Position numbers and translations under genes: made by a program | Notes under the pieces: model-generated | Seen by the model: only the letters and a program-made list of their open reading frames with translations | Database searches by the model: none | Told to the model about the DNA's origin: nothing | In this document: positions 19,835-29,913 of the stretch, in pieces | Position numbering within the stretch: position 1 is the first letter of the stretch | Layout of the letters: every line of letters starts with the position of its first letter | IMG/VR virus record: IMGVR_UViG_3300037516_000306 | Location: 32,001 to 96,000 of that record | DNA length: 64,000 nt | Source of the DNA: a virus | Strand: one strand, 5' to 3'

Positions 19835-21112
19835 TTATAAGAACCATGAATTAGGATTAGATTTAGAACCACCAGTAGCAGCAGCTGTTTTAGCTTTTGT
19901 TACTTGTCTTGCAACTTCTCCGAACAATTGGTTAGACTTTTTAGTCACACCTGTTCTTTGTATAGTTGATAATGTAGGATCTTTTTCTAACATTTTAAGC
20001 AGAAGTCCAATCTTAACTTTTTGTGCATGATTCTCTGGTCTTTTCAAATCCAGGATAGCACGATCAAAGTCAGTTAGTGTTTCTCCTGAAGGAGTTTTCC
20101 ACTTATCAACTAATAAGAAGTCTTGTAGTTCTGTTGCTAATTTTGGATTGATAGGTATACCATCAAACTCTTTTTCTTTCACCTTATCTTGTAAGATGGA
20201 TTGTACGTTATTTATATACTGATTTTTAACAGCTTGTTTTTGTTGTAATTCTTGTTGAGCACTAGTTTCCATTTGTTGTAACTTAGATGCTTCTTTTTTA
20301 ACCAACACTTTGTGATGTTTAGCAGCTACATTTTCAAGATCACCGTAGTTTTTAAGTCTTTCAACTTCTGTCTCTACATCTTCTGGATCAAATCCTTGAT
20401 CTGATAAAGCTTGCTTCATTATCTTTACTTGATTGTCTTCATTTGAAAGATCCATCTCAGCAAAGTTTACTACTTGATTATAAACACTAAAGTAATCTTT
20501 TGGATTAACTCCTTTTACAAATATGGCATCAAAAGCTTCTTGGTAATCTTCTCCAAATTGTCCAATGAAATTTTGTACTAATTCAGAAGCACCTTTTTTC
20601 TTTTCTTCATTAAATCTTTCTAAGAACTCTTCTGCTGTAGATATAGGTTGTTGATCTTCTTCTTCATCATTGGTGAATACACCTAGTTTATAAAGATCAT
20701 TTGCAAGAGCAGTGAATTGTGTTCCTTCAGGAGCATCCTCATCACTATCATCTGCATCATCATCAGTAGCTGCAGCTTTTGCAGGTTTTGATACTGGAGC
20801 AGGTGTGTCATCTTCTTCTTCATCTTCATCATCACTTAAGAAGTCAGAGATCATTGATTGTCCATCTAGTTTCTCTTCATCTGTTTTACCATCAACGCTT
20901 TTAGGAGGAACAATATCCTTACCTTTTTTAACCGCTGGTGCTTCAGGAGCATCAGGAGCATTAGCATCTTTAATAATTGCAGTTACATCCTCTGGATTAG
21001 AAGATGCTGTTTCAGGAGAAAACAAGTCATTTAATAGTTCTTGGTTACCCATTCCCATGTCCATAGTATCTTGGATACTAAAGTTACTTAGGTTATCTAA
21101 ATTATCAGCCAT
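19835..21112 (-). CDS. Acidic scaffold-like protein (crAss gene-77-like)
   Basis: Acidic disordered N-half and helical C-half; between portal and MCP. Confidence 0.7.
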   Translation of the reverse strand: MADNLDNLSNFSIQDTMDMGMGNQELLNDLFSPETASSNPEDVTAIIKDANAPDAPEAPAVKKGKDIVPPKSVDGKTDEEKLDGQSMISDFLSDDEDEEEDDTPAPVSKPAKAAATDDDADDSDEDAPEGTQFTALANDLYKLGVFTNDEEEDQQPISTAEEFLERFNEEKKKGASELVQNFIGQFGEDYQEAFDAIFVKGVNPKDYFSVYNQVVNFAEMDLSNEDNQVKIMKQALSDQGFDPEDVETEVERLKNYGDLENVAAKHHKVLVKKEASKLQQMETSAQQELQQKQAVKNQYINNVQSILQDKVKEKEFDGIPINPKLATELQDFLLVDKWKTPSGETLTDFDRAILDLKRPENHAQKVKIGLLLKMLEKDPTLSTIQRTGVTKKSNQLFGEVARQVTKAKTAAATGGSKSNPNSWFL

Positions 21113-21144
21113 ATGTAGTTGTATTTATGTTTGGTTTATTTATG

Positions 21145-21175
21145 TAAAAGTATAATAAGAGTTTCTAATATCAAA
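21145..21175 (-). promoter_or_regulatory. Bacteroidota-type promoter for scaffold-MCP
   Basis: Minus strand TTTG-N19-TACTTTTA. Confidence 0.55.
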
Positions 21176-21254
21176 GTGTTATAGATCAATGTGATCCAAT
21201 TTTCTTGATAATATAGCATTAACATTTTTATCTCCTCTTTCGAGAAGAATTTTT

Positions 21255-23840
21255 TTAACCTTTTTTGTTATTTCTGCCCTTAGCATTCTCTTTTGCAACA
21301 GCAAGATCGTTTGCCATATTCTCTCTTTGTACTTGTAATTTCTCTTTTTCTATAGACATTTTATCAGCAGCTTGTTTATTTTTAGATTGAACATCAGCCA
21401 TCTTTAATCCATAATCTTTAGCAGCTTTATCTTGATCATTAGCTAATCTACTCATTTCTAGTACATCAGGAACAGAATTAGAATTTTCATCTTCACTTGC
21501 AACATTACCATATCCTGTAGCAGAAATGATAGCAATCTTCTCTTTAGACAATCTATCAAGTTCTCTTTGATAATCATCATTAGCTTGTTTCTCTTGTTGT
21601 AACTGAGCAGCTTGTTGTAATGCAGCTTGAGCTTGTTCACCTTGTTGCTGTATTTGTTGTTGCTGTAATTGGTTAGCTTGTTCTTGTTGAGCAATCTGTC
21701 TATCTCTAAGATCTTTAAATGTTTTCTTAAGTTCTCTTTGAGACTTAGAACTATACAGTTCCACTACATCATAAAGCGTGCCACCATTCTGAATAATAGC
21801 TTGAGAAAGTTGTCTAAGCTCATTAAACATTTGAGTATCTTCAGGTCTATTAGTAAGGAACACTTTTAAATCACGTAATGAAAGATCATCTCCATTTACT
21901 TGTACAAATGCAGACTCACCCTCATTTGTAATATATGATAGTGTACTCTGTGGTTTTGAACTTTGTATATATTGAGCAGCATCTACAATACCTTGATACA
22001 ACTGTCCAAGTACATACTCGTGAGCTATAAATAAAGGCTCTGTTTGAGAGTAACTCTGTTGCATAGCAGCATTGGTACCTGTAGCACTTTCAGAAGCAGA
22101 AATGTTACCCATACGTTGTCTAGACATACCTACAAGTTCCCAACATTCAGTTTTAAGTTGTTGTGCTAATGTATATCTTGATTGTATCTCTTGTGTACGT
22201 GTAAGATCAAGAGCTGTAAATTGATTGAATGAACTAGGAGATTTTAAGTTCTCTGGAGAGTCATCAATAAATACTACACCTCTATTACGTGCTTCCATTT
22301 CCCAGATATCAAGAGCATCTTGTGCATCTCCATCTTTAGGAATAGGAATATGTCTTAATGACATAAGCTGAACCTTACCTACCTCTTTCTCTAGAAGTTT
22401 GTATAATTGGTTCATACATACGTTATATAGCACTTGGAAAGGTTTCATTAAATCTACAAGAGATTTAGATTCTGTGTTCTTCACCTCATATGTTGTACCT
22501 ATAATAGGACAATAGTTTAATAACTTAAATGGTTTAATGTGATAGATATCTGGACCAATTTTAGTTCCTTGATACCATTGATTAATCCATCCCCATTCTA
22601 ATGATTGTTGTGTAGGTATTGTGCCTGATTTGTAGTCTTCAGTTACAAGAGTAGATTGCTCATTACCCATATCATCTAAATAGATAAGTTTACCTATTTT
22701 CTTTTTAGATATCCAATAGCTTCTAACCACTACATACTTATATCCAAATGAGCTTACATTGTTTGTAAGTCCTAAGAAGTCTTTTAATCCATCATTGTTT
22801 TCTTTCATTTCTGATTCAATGATCATTCTTGTTTGTAACACAAGAGGGTCAAATGTATCATACATTACAGAGTCTTGTCCAGGAATAGCATCTGGATTAC
22901 CAAGGTTTGATTCTCTAACATTAATCAATCCATAATCCTGTAATGAACTACGTAAGTGATCTATCTCTTCTTTAGTAAGATCTGGAATGCTTTCGATGAT
23001 TTCTGAAAGTTCCATAACCTGTACTGTACCAGCAGCATATGCTCCTTGTGCTCTACCTGTTGGATCTGATATAAACTTTCTATCAGGAGTAGTAAGAAAC
23101 CAAGTGTTCTTTGGGTTAGCCACCTCAATGTTAAATCCAGTTTTTGAATTATCTTCATATATATGATAGAACTCTCTACCAGAAATTAGAAGATCTCTAA
23201 AAGCATCTTCTGATTTTTCTTTAAGAACAAATTCAGCTTTTTGACATGTAAGAACATGATTAGCCCATTTCTCTGCAACAGATGTATAGCTATCTAACTG
23301 ATCCTTAACTTGTTCCATTGACATCTTCTCTAGATCTTCATCAGGGATATCAATTCCTTCTATTGAAGCCTTTTCAATAATTTGTTGTTTAGCTTGTGAG
23401 ATGACATATTTCTGAAGAGTTTCTGTTTTAAATTGTAGCTCTTCTGCTTGACTATCATCATCAAAAGCTTTCACTCTAAATGTATCAGGTCTTTTACTGA
23501 TCTCTCCTACTAATTCATTTACAGGAGTGGTAACAATAGAATACATCTTCACGTATGCAGGAAGTTCTAGATCTGCTGTAAGTACATCTGTGAAGCTTCT
23601 CACTTCAGGCTCCTGATAGAAATCTTCCATACGTAGGATTCCTTTCATAAGATCGTAGTTCTTAACAAATGTATCTCTATTCTTTACATACTCAGCATAT
23701 GCTTTATTGGAGAAATAATCCATTGTATTCTTTATCCAACTCTCATCTTGTTTTTCCTTATCTGTTTTGAACTGATCTGGGAAGATGTTAAGATAGGCAT
23801 ACCTGATGGTTGCGTCTTTTGTATATCTAATTATTGCCAT
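21255..23840 (-). CDS. Portal protein
   Basis: 861 aa after TerL; SLVDLMKPFQ and GMSRQRMG motifs; Gln-rich coiled-coil C-terminus. Confidence 0.88.
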   Translation of the reverse strand: MAIIRYTKDATIRYAYLNIFPDQFKTDKEKQDESWIKNTMDYFSNKAYAEYVKNRDTFVKNYDLMKGILRMEDFYQEPEVRSFTDVLTADLELPAYVKMYSIVTTPVNELVGEISKRPDTFRVKAFDDDSQAEELQFKTETLQKYVISQAKQQIIEKASIEGIDIPDEDLEKMSMEQVKDQLDSYTSVAEKWANHVLTCQKAEFVLKEKSEDAFRDLLISGREFYHIYEDNSKTGFNIEVANPKNTWFLTTPDRKFISDPTGRAQGAYAAGTVQVMELSEIIESIPDLTKEEIDHLRSSLQDYGLINVRESNLGNPDAIPGQDSVMYDTFDPLVLQTRMIIESEMKENNDGLKDFLGLTNNVSSFGYKYVVVRSYWISKKKIGKLIYLDDMGNEQSTLVTEDYKSGTIPTQQSLEWGWINQWYQGTKIGPDIYHIKPFKLLNYCPIIGTTYEVKNTESKSLVDLMKPFQVLYNVCMNQLYKLLEKEVGKVQLMSLRHIPIPKDGDAQDALDIWEMEARNRGVVFIDDSPENLKSPSSFNQFTALDLTRTQEIQSRYTLAQQLKTECWELVGMSRQRMGNISASESATGTNAAMQQSYSQTEPLFIAHEYVLGQLYQGIVDAAQYIQSSKPQSTLSYITNEGESAFVQVNGDDLSLRDLKVFLTNRPEDTQMFNELRQLSQAIIQNGGTLYDVVELYSSKSQRELKKTFKDLRDRQIAQQEQANQLQQQQIQQQGEQAQAALQQAAQLQQEKQANDDYQRELDRLSKEKIAIISATGYGNVASEDENSNSVPDVLEMSRLANDQDKAAKDYGLKMADVQSKNKQAADKMSIEKEKLQVQRENMANDLAVAKENAKGRNNKKG

Positions 23841-25864
23841 TATGTAAACAATTTATTTTTTGGTGTGTTAAACATTGGTCTGCTTTCTGTAAACAGCTTA
23901 TTCTTTTTGTTCTTAGTGAACATTGATTTGATTCTTACATCTTGTTCTCCTCCTATTTTTCCCATAATGGGATCTAGTTTCATAGCAAGAGCTATTGCAA
24001 GCTCTGCAGCAATGATTCTATCAAAGTTACCTGATTCATTATACTGAATCATTTCTTCTAGTAATACAGGATCAAATATCTTTGCTATACCTTTTATCTC
24101 AGACTTGATGTTTCCATCTTCATCTTTCTCTGTATGTACCACTTCTTCTGAATACTTCTTAAGACATCCATGTAAGAAGTCTCGTATTTTTTCAGATGAT
24201 CTATGTATTCCGTAATCCCTTCTAACTGTGGTATTTGGAACTATTTCTTTCAACCAGTCTGGTTGTCTTTCTAAATAATGAGCATCTCCTTTAGCTATCA
24301 TGTAATCAATGAATGATATTTCATCATTCTCACATAGAGCTCTAGCATTATAATACTTAATAAGATAGCGAGCTTGTTCTTCCCATGTTTCTTTTTTATC
24401 TGGTCTAGCACAATAGCTAGCTACAAACATATCTTGATACTTCTCTCCAGAAATAGCATGCATACGTTTGTATATATAGACAGATCCTAATGAGCTAGAA
24501 TAAGCAGATTTACCTTGTCTATAAGGGTCAATTCCTGCAACATACAATCCATATGGAGGATCTGCTATAGGAAACTCATATATCACTACAGGAGCATCTT
24601 TCTGATCACTATTCTTAAGAGGAAAGTTTGATATAGGAAGTTTATCTGTAAACTCATGTCTCACACCATCACCATCATCATATAAAACAACAGGTGTTCC
24701 TGTTCTTTCTTGTGCTAATAGTCTACTCTTCTGACGTTTAGCTGCTTCTATATCAAATATGTTTGTATCTTCATTCAAGAATATATCATCCACTTCTTGT
24801 GGGTAATACATTTTCTCTTTTAAATAAGCTAGTCTATCACCAGCTTTCTTTAATCTTTCAAGATTATCATTTGTAATCTTATCTGCTGTCTCTTGATTAG
24901 AGACTAACATCTTTACATTATGTAACTCAGAATCTGCTGGTTGTTCTAGAAAAGCTCCAAGAGTGGAATCTTCTTTAGCTTCCATTCTATACTTATGTGA
25001 AATAAATAGTCCATGGATTCTTTGATCATCCTTAGCACTATTGTATTCCAGAAAGTTAAAGTTCTGAACGTCAAACATTAAGCTCTTTGCGTCCATGAAG
25101 TTTTGCATATCTCCACCTGTACCTGTAAGAATTGGAGAACATCCCCAACCAAATGGTGTGGTGAAACCTGGTGTAGCAGCTTGTAATCCTCTGAGGAAAT
25201 TACCCTTACCTATCTCATCAATAATAAGCCTTCTTGGTTTTGTACCTGCAATAGCCTCTTCATTGTTACCACCATCTAAGTTACGAATAAGGATCTGAGA
25301 AAAGGGGATTCTCTCTCCTGCTTTTGTCTTGATCCCTAATGTAACTTGGTTTTTCCAGTTGTCTTCTACCCTCTGCCATCTCCAGGCTTCTGGTAAGAAG
25401 TTTAATCCTTTGTCAATCTTATCTGTGATAAGCTTTATATCGGGAGCATTTAGTCCTGCAATAATGTTCTGGGAGTTCTCATCGAACGTTGCACCATGAC
25501 CTATATAGGAGCTCTCAATTACTGACTTAGCTAAACGACGAATACCTAGTATTACTAGGCCTTTCTTTTCTGTATGTGCTCTATCTATTTCGTTTGTTAT
25601 AATCCACTCGTTATCACGTAGATATGGATTAGCATATTTCTGTGATATTCTACCTCTGTCATCTATCATATCTACCTCTGTATTCCAGAAGTTTAAATGC
25701 CAATATAGAAAAGGATTGATATAAACTCCTCCCATTGTACAACCATCGATGCACAGTTGTTTATGAAAAGCATAGAATTCCCTATACTCCTCTGAATCTT
25801 TTGAGGGAACTCTCTTCTGGTTGATAAACCAGTCTTTATAATCAATACTTTGTAATCCATCCAT
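23840..25864 (-). CDS. terL: Terminase large subunit
   Basis: Walker A-like RRLAKS, Walker B IIDEIG, TGTGG coupling motif, nuclease GIDPY and GNFDR. Confidence 0.92.
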   Translation of the reverse strand: MDGLQSIDYKDWFINQKRVPSKDSEEYREFYAFHKQLCIDGCTMGGVYINPFLYWHLNFWNTEVDMIDDRGRISQKYANPYLRDNEWIITNEIDRAHTEKKGLVILGIRRLAKSVIESSYIGHGATFDENSQNIIAGLNAPDIKLITDKIDKGLNFLPEAWRWQRVEDNWKNQVTLGIKTKAGERIPFSQILIRNLDGGNNEEAIAGTKPRRLIIDEIGKGNFLRGLQAATPGFTTPFGWGCSPILTGTGGDMQNFMDAKSLMFDVQNFNFLEYNSAKDDQRIHGLFISHKYRMEAKEDSTLGAFLEQPADSELHNVKMLVSNQETADKITNDNLERLKKAGDRLAYLKEKMYYPQEVDDIFLNEDTNIFDIEAAKRQKSRLLAQERTGTPVVLYDDGDGVRHEFTDKLPISNFPLKNSDQKDAPVVIYEFPIADPPYGLYVAGIDPYRQGKSAYSSSLGSVYIYKRMHAISGEKYQDMFVASYCARPDKKETWEEQARYLIKYYNARALCENDEISFIDYMIAKGDAHYLERQPDWLKEIVPNTTVRRDYGIHRSSEKIRDFLHGCLKKYSEEVVHTEKDEDGNIKSEIKGIAKIFDPVLLEEMIQYNESGNFDRIIAAELAIALAMKLDPIMGKIGGEQDVRIKSMFTKNKKNKLFTESRPMFNTPKNKLFT

Positions 25865-26196
25865 TATTTTCTACCCTTTAAGAAATCTTCTGCCATACTT
25901 CCTAGCTCAGCACCACCTCTTACAGGTACCACCTTTGCTTCTTCTTTCTCTCTGAGTTTCTCAACTTGCTCTAATAGAGCTAGATAGTTTTTCATTGTCT
26001 CTTGTACAAACTTACCTTGTGCTTCAATAGATGCAATCACCATAGGCATTGCTCCACCAGCTTTGGTTTCTTTCCATTTGATTCTATCCTCTAATGTATG
26101 TAAAGGATTAGCATCAACGTATTGCTTCCAGGTTGATAATTGTTCTTCAGCCCATTCAAGTTCTGCTGCTATATATGTAGTTTTCTTTAATGCCAT
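25864..26196 (-). CDS. Hypothetical helical protein, possible terminase small subunit
   Basis: Directly upstream of and overlapping terL. Confidence 0.45.
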   Translation of the reverse strand: MALKKTTYIAAELEWAEEQLSTWKQYVDANPLHTLEDRIKWKETKAGGAMPMVIASIEAQGKFVQETMKNYLALLEQVEKLREKEEAKVVPVRGGAELGSMAEDFLKGRK

Positions 26197-26207
26197 TGTT
26201 TTGTTTT

Positions 26208-26483
26208 TTAGTATTCCTCCTCTTCAAACATGCTGTCTAAATTCATGCCATCTTTTATTATCTCCTCTATTTCTTCATCATCTAGATGAGGCCCATCTAT
26301 ATTGAGTTCTATTTCATACTTCTGTATAGCATATAAAAACTCTCTGTCACTCACTCCCCATACATCTGTATATTCATCCAATGCTGTGGAAATGTGTCTT
26401 CCCATATTATACGTAGGATAGGCTTTTTGTAAGCGTACCAATGTCTGTATAATTTGACGATAATAGTTAGGTTGTTTTGCCAT
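26208..26483 (-). CDS. Hypothetical protein
   Basis: Translationally coupled ORF in operon. Confidence 0.6.
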   Translation of the reverse strand: MAKQPNYYRQIIQTLVRLQKAYPTYNMGRHISTALDEYTDVWGVSDREFLYAIQKYEIELNIDGPHLDDEEIEEIIKDGMNLDSMFEEEEY

Positions 26484-26743
26484 TATATTAATTCATTTAT
26501 ATCATCTTCAGATAGAGAAGGTTTGTCTTCTTCCTCTTCTTCTCCTTGCATATCCACTTCTATCTCTATTTCACTATCATCTGACATGTACTCAGGCTTC
26601 ACTGTTATCTTTATAACATCCATTGATCCTTCTTCTCTTTCATCTTGCTGTCCTGATATATCAATAAAATCAGCTCCTTCTTCAAATAGATTTGTAAGAA
26701 TTTGTATAAGTCCCTCTAGTGGTATTTTACGTAGTGAGTTCAT
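26483..26743 (-). CDS. Hypothetical acidic protein
   Basis: Coupled ORF in operon. Confidence 0.6.
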   Translation of the reverse strand: MNSLRKIPLEGLIQILTNLFEEGADFIDISGQQDEREEGSMDVIKITVKPEYMSDDSEIEIEVDMQGEEEEEDKPSLSEDDINELI

Positions 26744-27002
26744 CTGGTAATGATTGTGCTACCCATTTCTTGAATGGGCATTCGCATGTTAAACATTTTG
26801 TTTTTGCAGATAGTGTACATCCGCATTCTGCACAATGTGCATCTGGTCTCATACTCTTATAATCCTTCTTATTAGAAGAATGCTCTTCACATGCATTACA
26901 TATAGCTAGTCTTTCTTGACTAACATGTTCTATAAAAGCTTTTTCTTTTTCTTCAGGGAGAAGGTGATTCTTCCATCCCTCATATATCTGTTTTAGACTC
27001 AT
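26727..27002 (-). CDS. Zn-binding protein (DUF6171-like)
   Basis: RLAICNAC...CAECGC...KTK...CPFKKW pattern. Confidence 0.6.
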   Translation of the reverse strand: MSLKQIYEGWKNHLLPEEKEKAFIEHVSQERLAICNACEEHSSNKKDYKSMRPDAHCAECGCTLSAKTKCLTCECPFKKWVAQSLPDELTT

Positions 27003-27342
27003 TCATTTTTGGTTTTAATGTTTTGATATCTGTTAACGCTGTATTCAATCTTAGTTGTGTAGAATGTTTCTTCTTATCTGTAACATCTGGATCAGCTAAT
27101 GTATTCTCATAAGCTTGTTTCATTTGTAAAAGCTTATTATATTGTGTAAGTGCTTTCTTCTTATTAAACAAAAACTTACCAAACCCCGAAATCTCTATTG
27201 TATCATTTGTATTAAGAGCATCATTGGCAGAATCAAACTGATGGTTCACTACTTGGTCAATTGTCTTTTCTGATATGACCATGTTAATCGACATCTTCTT
27301 AATTATCCACTCCTTCACTGACATTGTTGATGGCTTCTCCAT
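26980..27342 (-). CDS. HU/IHF-like DNA-binding protein
   Basis: ALNTNDTIEISGFGKF matches the HU signature. Confidence 0.7.
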   Translation of the reverse strand: MEKPSTMSVKEWIIKKMSINMVISEKTIDQVVNHQFDSANDALNTNDTIEISGFGKFLFNKKKALTQYNKLLQMKQAYENTLADPDVTDKKKHSTQLRLNTALTDIKTLKPKMNESKTDI

Positions 27343-27673
27343 GTAATAGTTTTATTTCTAACGTTATATCTTTCTTGAAATCAATAGTGATGATTGGATT
27401 AACCTTCACCTTACCATTCTCTTTAATGAATATACCTATCTTCTTAAGCTTAGAGATGATGTTGTTAATAGATGGAGATGTACTATTATATGTCTTACAG
27501 AATTCTTCTCTTACATTAGCATATGTAATGTTACCTTTAATAGCTGTAAAAGATATGAGTTGTATTTCTCTCTCTGTTAGATGTAGATTGTTTATAGCAG
27601 ATAGTATAGAATAGTATTTCTCTGCTAATTGTATATCAGTCTGTACATCTTTTTTAAGTCTTTGTACTATCAT
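27299..27673 (-). CDS. Winged-HTH protein
   Basis: LTEREIQL...SINNIISKLKKIGIF; first gene of the leftward operon. Confidence 0.55.
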   Translation of the reverse strand: MIVQRLKKDVQTDIQLAEKYYSILSAINNLHLTEREIQLISFTAIKGNITYANVREEFCKTYNSTSPSINNIISKLKKIGIFIKENGKVKVNPIITIDFKKDITLEIKLLHGEAINNVSEGVDN

Positions 27674-27692
27674 AATTTAGTTTTCTATTTTA

Positions 27693-27844
27693 CAAAGATA
27701 GAAAATAAAAATATACAATCAACATATATAGATAAAATATTTATTCCAATGCTATATTATGAAATATTTCTCTATAGATGTATAGAAGATAACCAGGCCC
27801 AACCACCACCCCAAAGGTATGACATATTTTATATATCTACCAAA
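27693..27844 (-). promoter_or_regulatory. Tandem Bacteroidota-type promoters for the leftward operon
   Basis: GTTG-N19-TATCTTTG (27693-27723) and TTTG-N21-TACCTTTG (27812-27844). Confidence 0.65.
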
Positions 27845-28086
27845 CTTTTTTTCTAAAATTTTTTTCAAAACTTAGAAACCCTTTGTGTGTATGGGTGTGT
27901 AGACCTATCCATACCAAGACCCCCCATAACAAATTGAGAGTTGGGACTACCCCCCATCAATCAGGTGTTGTGAGCCTAAAATCATCCACGTAAAATCATT
28001 ACTTTACAGAAAGTAATAGTTCTACGTAGGCAGGGAGTGCAAGCCCTGTCTTATTATTATTATTATTAATCTAATACATAAACATT

Positions 28087-28329
28087 ATGAAACTATTTGC
28101 TTACTACAGACAAGACCACAATGGTTTTGCTTTATTCTTTAACCATTGTAACACAGTACAAAGAGTGGTTGTGGAAGATGTTAGTGGTCTTAAACATCTA
28201 TTGTTGACTAATCCTTTATTACTACAACTTAATAGTGATAGTATGAAAGAGGCTACAGAAACATTGATAGACATAACTCTTTTTAATATAATACCACAAA
28301 AGGACATTGAAGGAATGATAGCGTTGTAA
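28087..28329 (+). CDS. Hypothetical early protein
   Basis: A-rich leader; first rightward ORF. Confidence 0.55.
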   Translation: MKLFAYYRQDHNGFALFFNHCNTVQRVVVEDVSGLKHLLLTNPLLLQLNSDSMKEATETLIDITLFNIIPQKDIEGMIAL

Positions 28330-28465
28330 CAAACGCTATTGGTTCTCTCCTATAAGGAGTCTTCATCCAACCAAAACCTATTCTCTTTGAGTATCATCCA
28401 TCCCAAAACCTTTTTCACACATCGAGTACATAAATCATTAATAACAATTAAAAACAGAAAACAAA

Positions 28466-28867
28466 ATGAAAAATTACGTAATCAACAATGGTGCTTTTAC
28501 AGCAAATGGTAACTTCAGTGGATACACCGCTCTTGGTGTTAGAGTTCACTTACACAAACGTCAAATGAATGCATTAGGCTGGGAACAAACAGCAGACGTT
28601 GCTTTTCCTTTCTTCTGCATTGCAGAGACTAAACAAATTGGTTCACTAGACGCTAGTGGTAATCCTGTTATGGACAACAATGGTGTTGAAATCAAATCAG
28701 ACAGACTAACTGCTTTGAGTGCTTTCAAAACTAAAGGGGAAATCACACAGGCTCATGCTGACAGTTCTTTACTAGACGTTGAAATTCAACAAGCTATTAG
28801 AACACAGGCTAGTTCTGCAGGATTAAGCGAGAATGCAATCAACACACTTGCTAACGCATCATTCTAA
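28466..28867 (+). CDS. Hypothetical early protein, probably highly expressed
   Basis: A-rich leader, optimal codons, terminator downstream. Confidence 0.75.
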   Translation: MKNYVINNGAFTANGNFSGYTALGVRVHLHKRQMNALGWEQTADVAFPFFCIAETKQIGSLDASGNPVMDNNGVEIKSDRLTALSAFKTKGEITQAHADSSLLDVEIQQAIRTQASSAGLSENAINTLANASF

Positions 28868-28877
28868 TGTAACACAC

Positions 28878-28914
28878 AGAGAGGCTATTCACAACGAATA
28901 GCTTCTCTTTGTTA
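28878..28914 (+). terminator. Intrinsic terminator
   Basis: AGAGAGGCTATTC-ACAAC-GAATAGCTTCTCT followed by TTGTT. Confidence 0.65.
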
Positions 28915-29217
28915 TTATATATAAGGGTGGGATTATAAAATTGGGTGGGCTTAATATAAAAACAAACTTTCTTCCTATATATATAGGTAAAAACTTGCTA
29001 TTGATATGCGAGTTGTATAATAAACTATTAAGTCAAAGGTACATTGGATTGTATCATTTACTGAATACCTATATATATATAGAATAAAACTTTTTACGAG
29101 GGAGAAAAAAACTTTTTGTGTGTATAATATTATAGCAGTGGATACATAAGCAACATAAAAGGCCTTGGATAACAAAAGGAAAAATCAACCAACATAAATA
29201 ATATATATAGCATTACA

Positions 29218-29418
29218 ATGGAAATAACAATCAACAAAGGTACAAATGATGTCATTATGGACATAGAAGATCTTATAGTCTTATTAGAATATAAACTTAT
29301 TGCTCTTAATAGATATAAAGATGATGGGTTAGATGTTTCTTTACAAATTATAAATACACAGAAGAGTCATATACATTTACAAGAATATCTTTTATCTCTA
29401 TATAAAGAAGAAGAATAA
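29218..29418 (+). CDS. Hypothetical protein
   Basis: 66-aa ORF. Confidence 0.5.
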   Translation: MEITINKGTNDVIMDIEDLIVLLEYKLIALNRYKDDGLDVSLQIINTQKSHIHLQEYLLSLYKEEE

Positions 29419-29537
29419 TTAGCTCTCTTACGGGCTTAACCAAAATACACATCACATGTTCGCAGGCTATAAACCTACATTCTGTAAAGCATGGTTTAGT
29501 GGTGTGTATATTTTTAACCTCCTTAATAATAAACAAT

Positions 29538-29855
29538 ATGAGAAACGCTAAAGAAGAATTTTTAAGTATGGTAGGTAGCACTGAATTGTTATGTGCTGAG
29601 ATATCTTACCAAGATTGTTGGGATCGTGAATCACCAGGTTCTGAACATAAATTACCTGTTGGATATACAGAAGAACAATACAATAGTTTTGTTGAGTCAT
29701 TAGATTTTGAATATGATTCAGGATATGGTGGACAAGAACTATTTGGTTGTATTTGGTTCAAAGATGGTACATGGGCAGATAGAGGTGAATATGATGGAAG
29801 TGAATGGTGGCAACATCATGAATGTCCTGTTGTTCCTAAGTCATTACTATTTTAA
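29538..29855 (+). CDS. Hypothetical phage protein
   Basis: Start reassigned to ATG 29538; YDSGYGGQEL..IWF.DG.W..R.EYDGSEWW motif. Confidence 0.75.
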   Translation: MRNAKEEFLSMVGSTELLCAEISYQDCWDRESPGSEHKLPVGYTEEQYNSFVESLDFEYDSGYGGQELFGCIWFKDGTWADRGEYDGSEWWQHHECPVVPKSLLF

Positions 29856-29913
29856 CAATACTAGTACACAATGTAGAGAACATTCTTTCACATTTATATT
29901 GTGTTAACAACCA

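Noticed and set aside
27629-27856. Plus-strand 75-aa ORF and other short ORFs antisense to long genes
   Set aside because: Low-complexity translations overlapping promoters or bona fide genes
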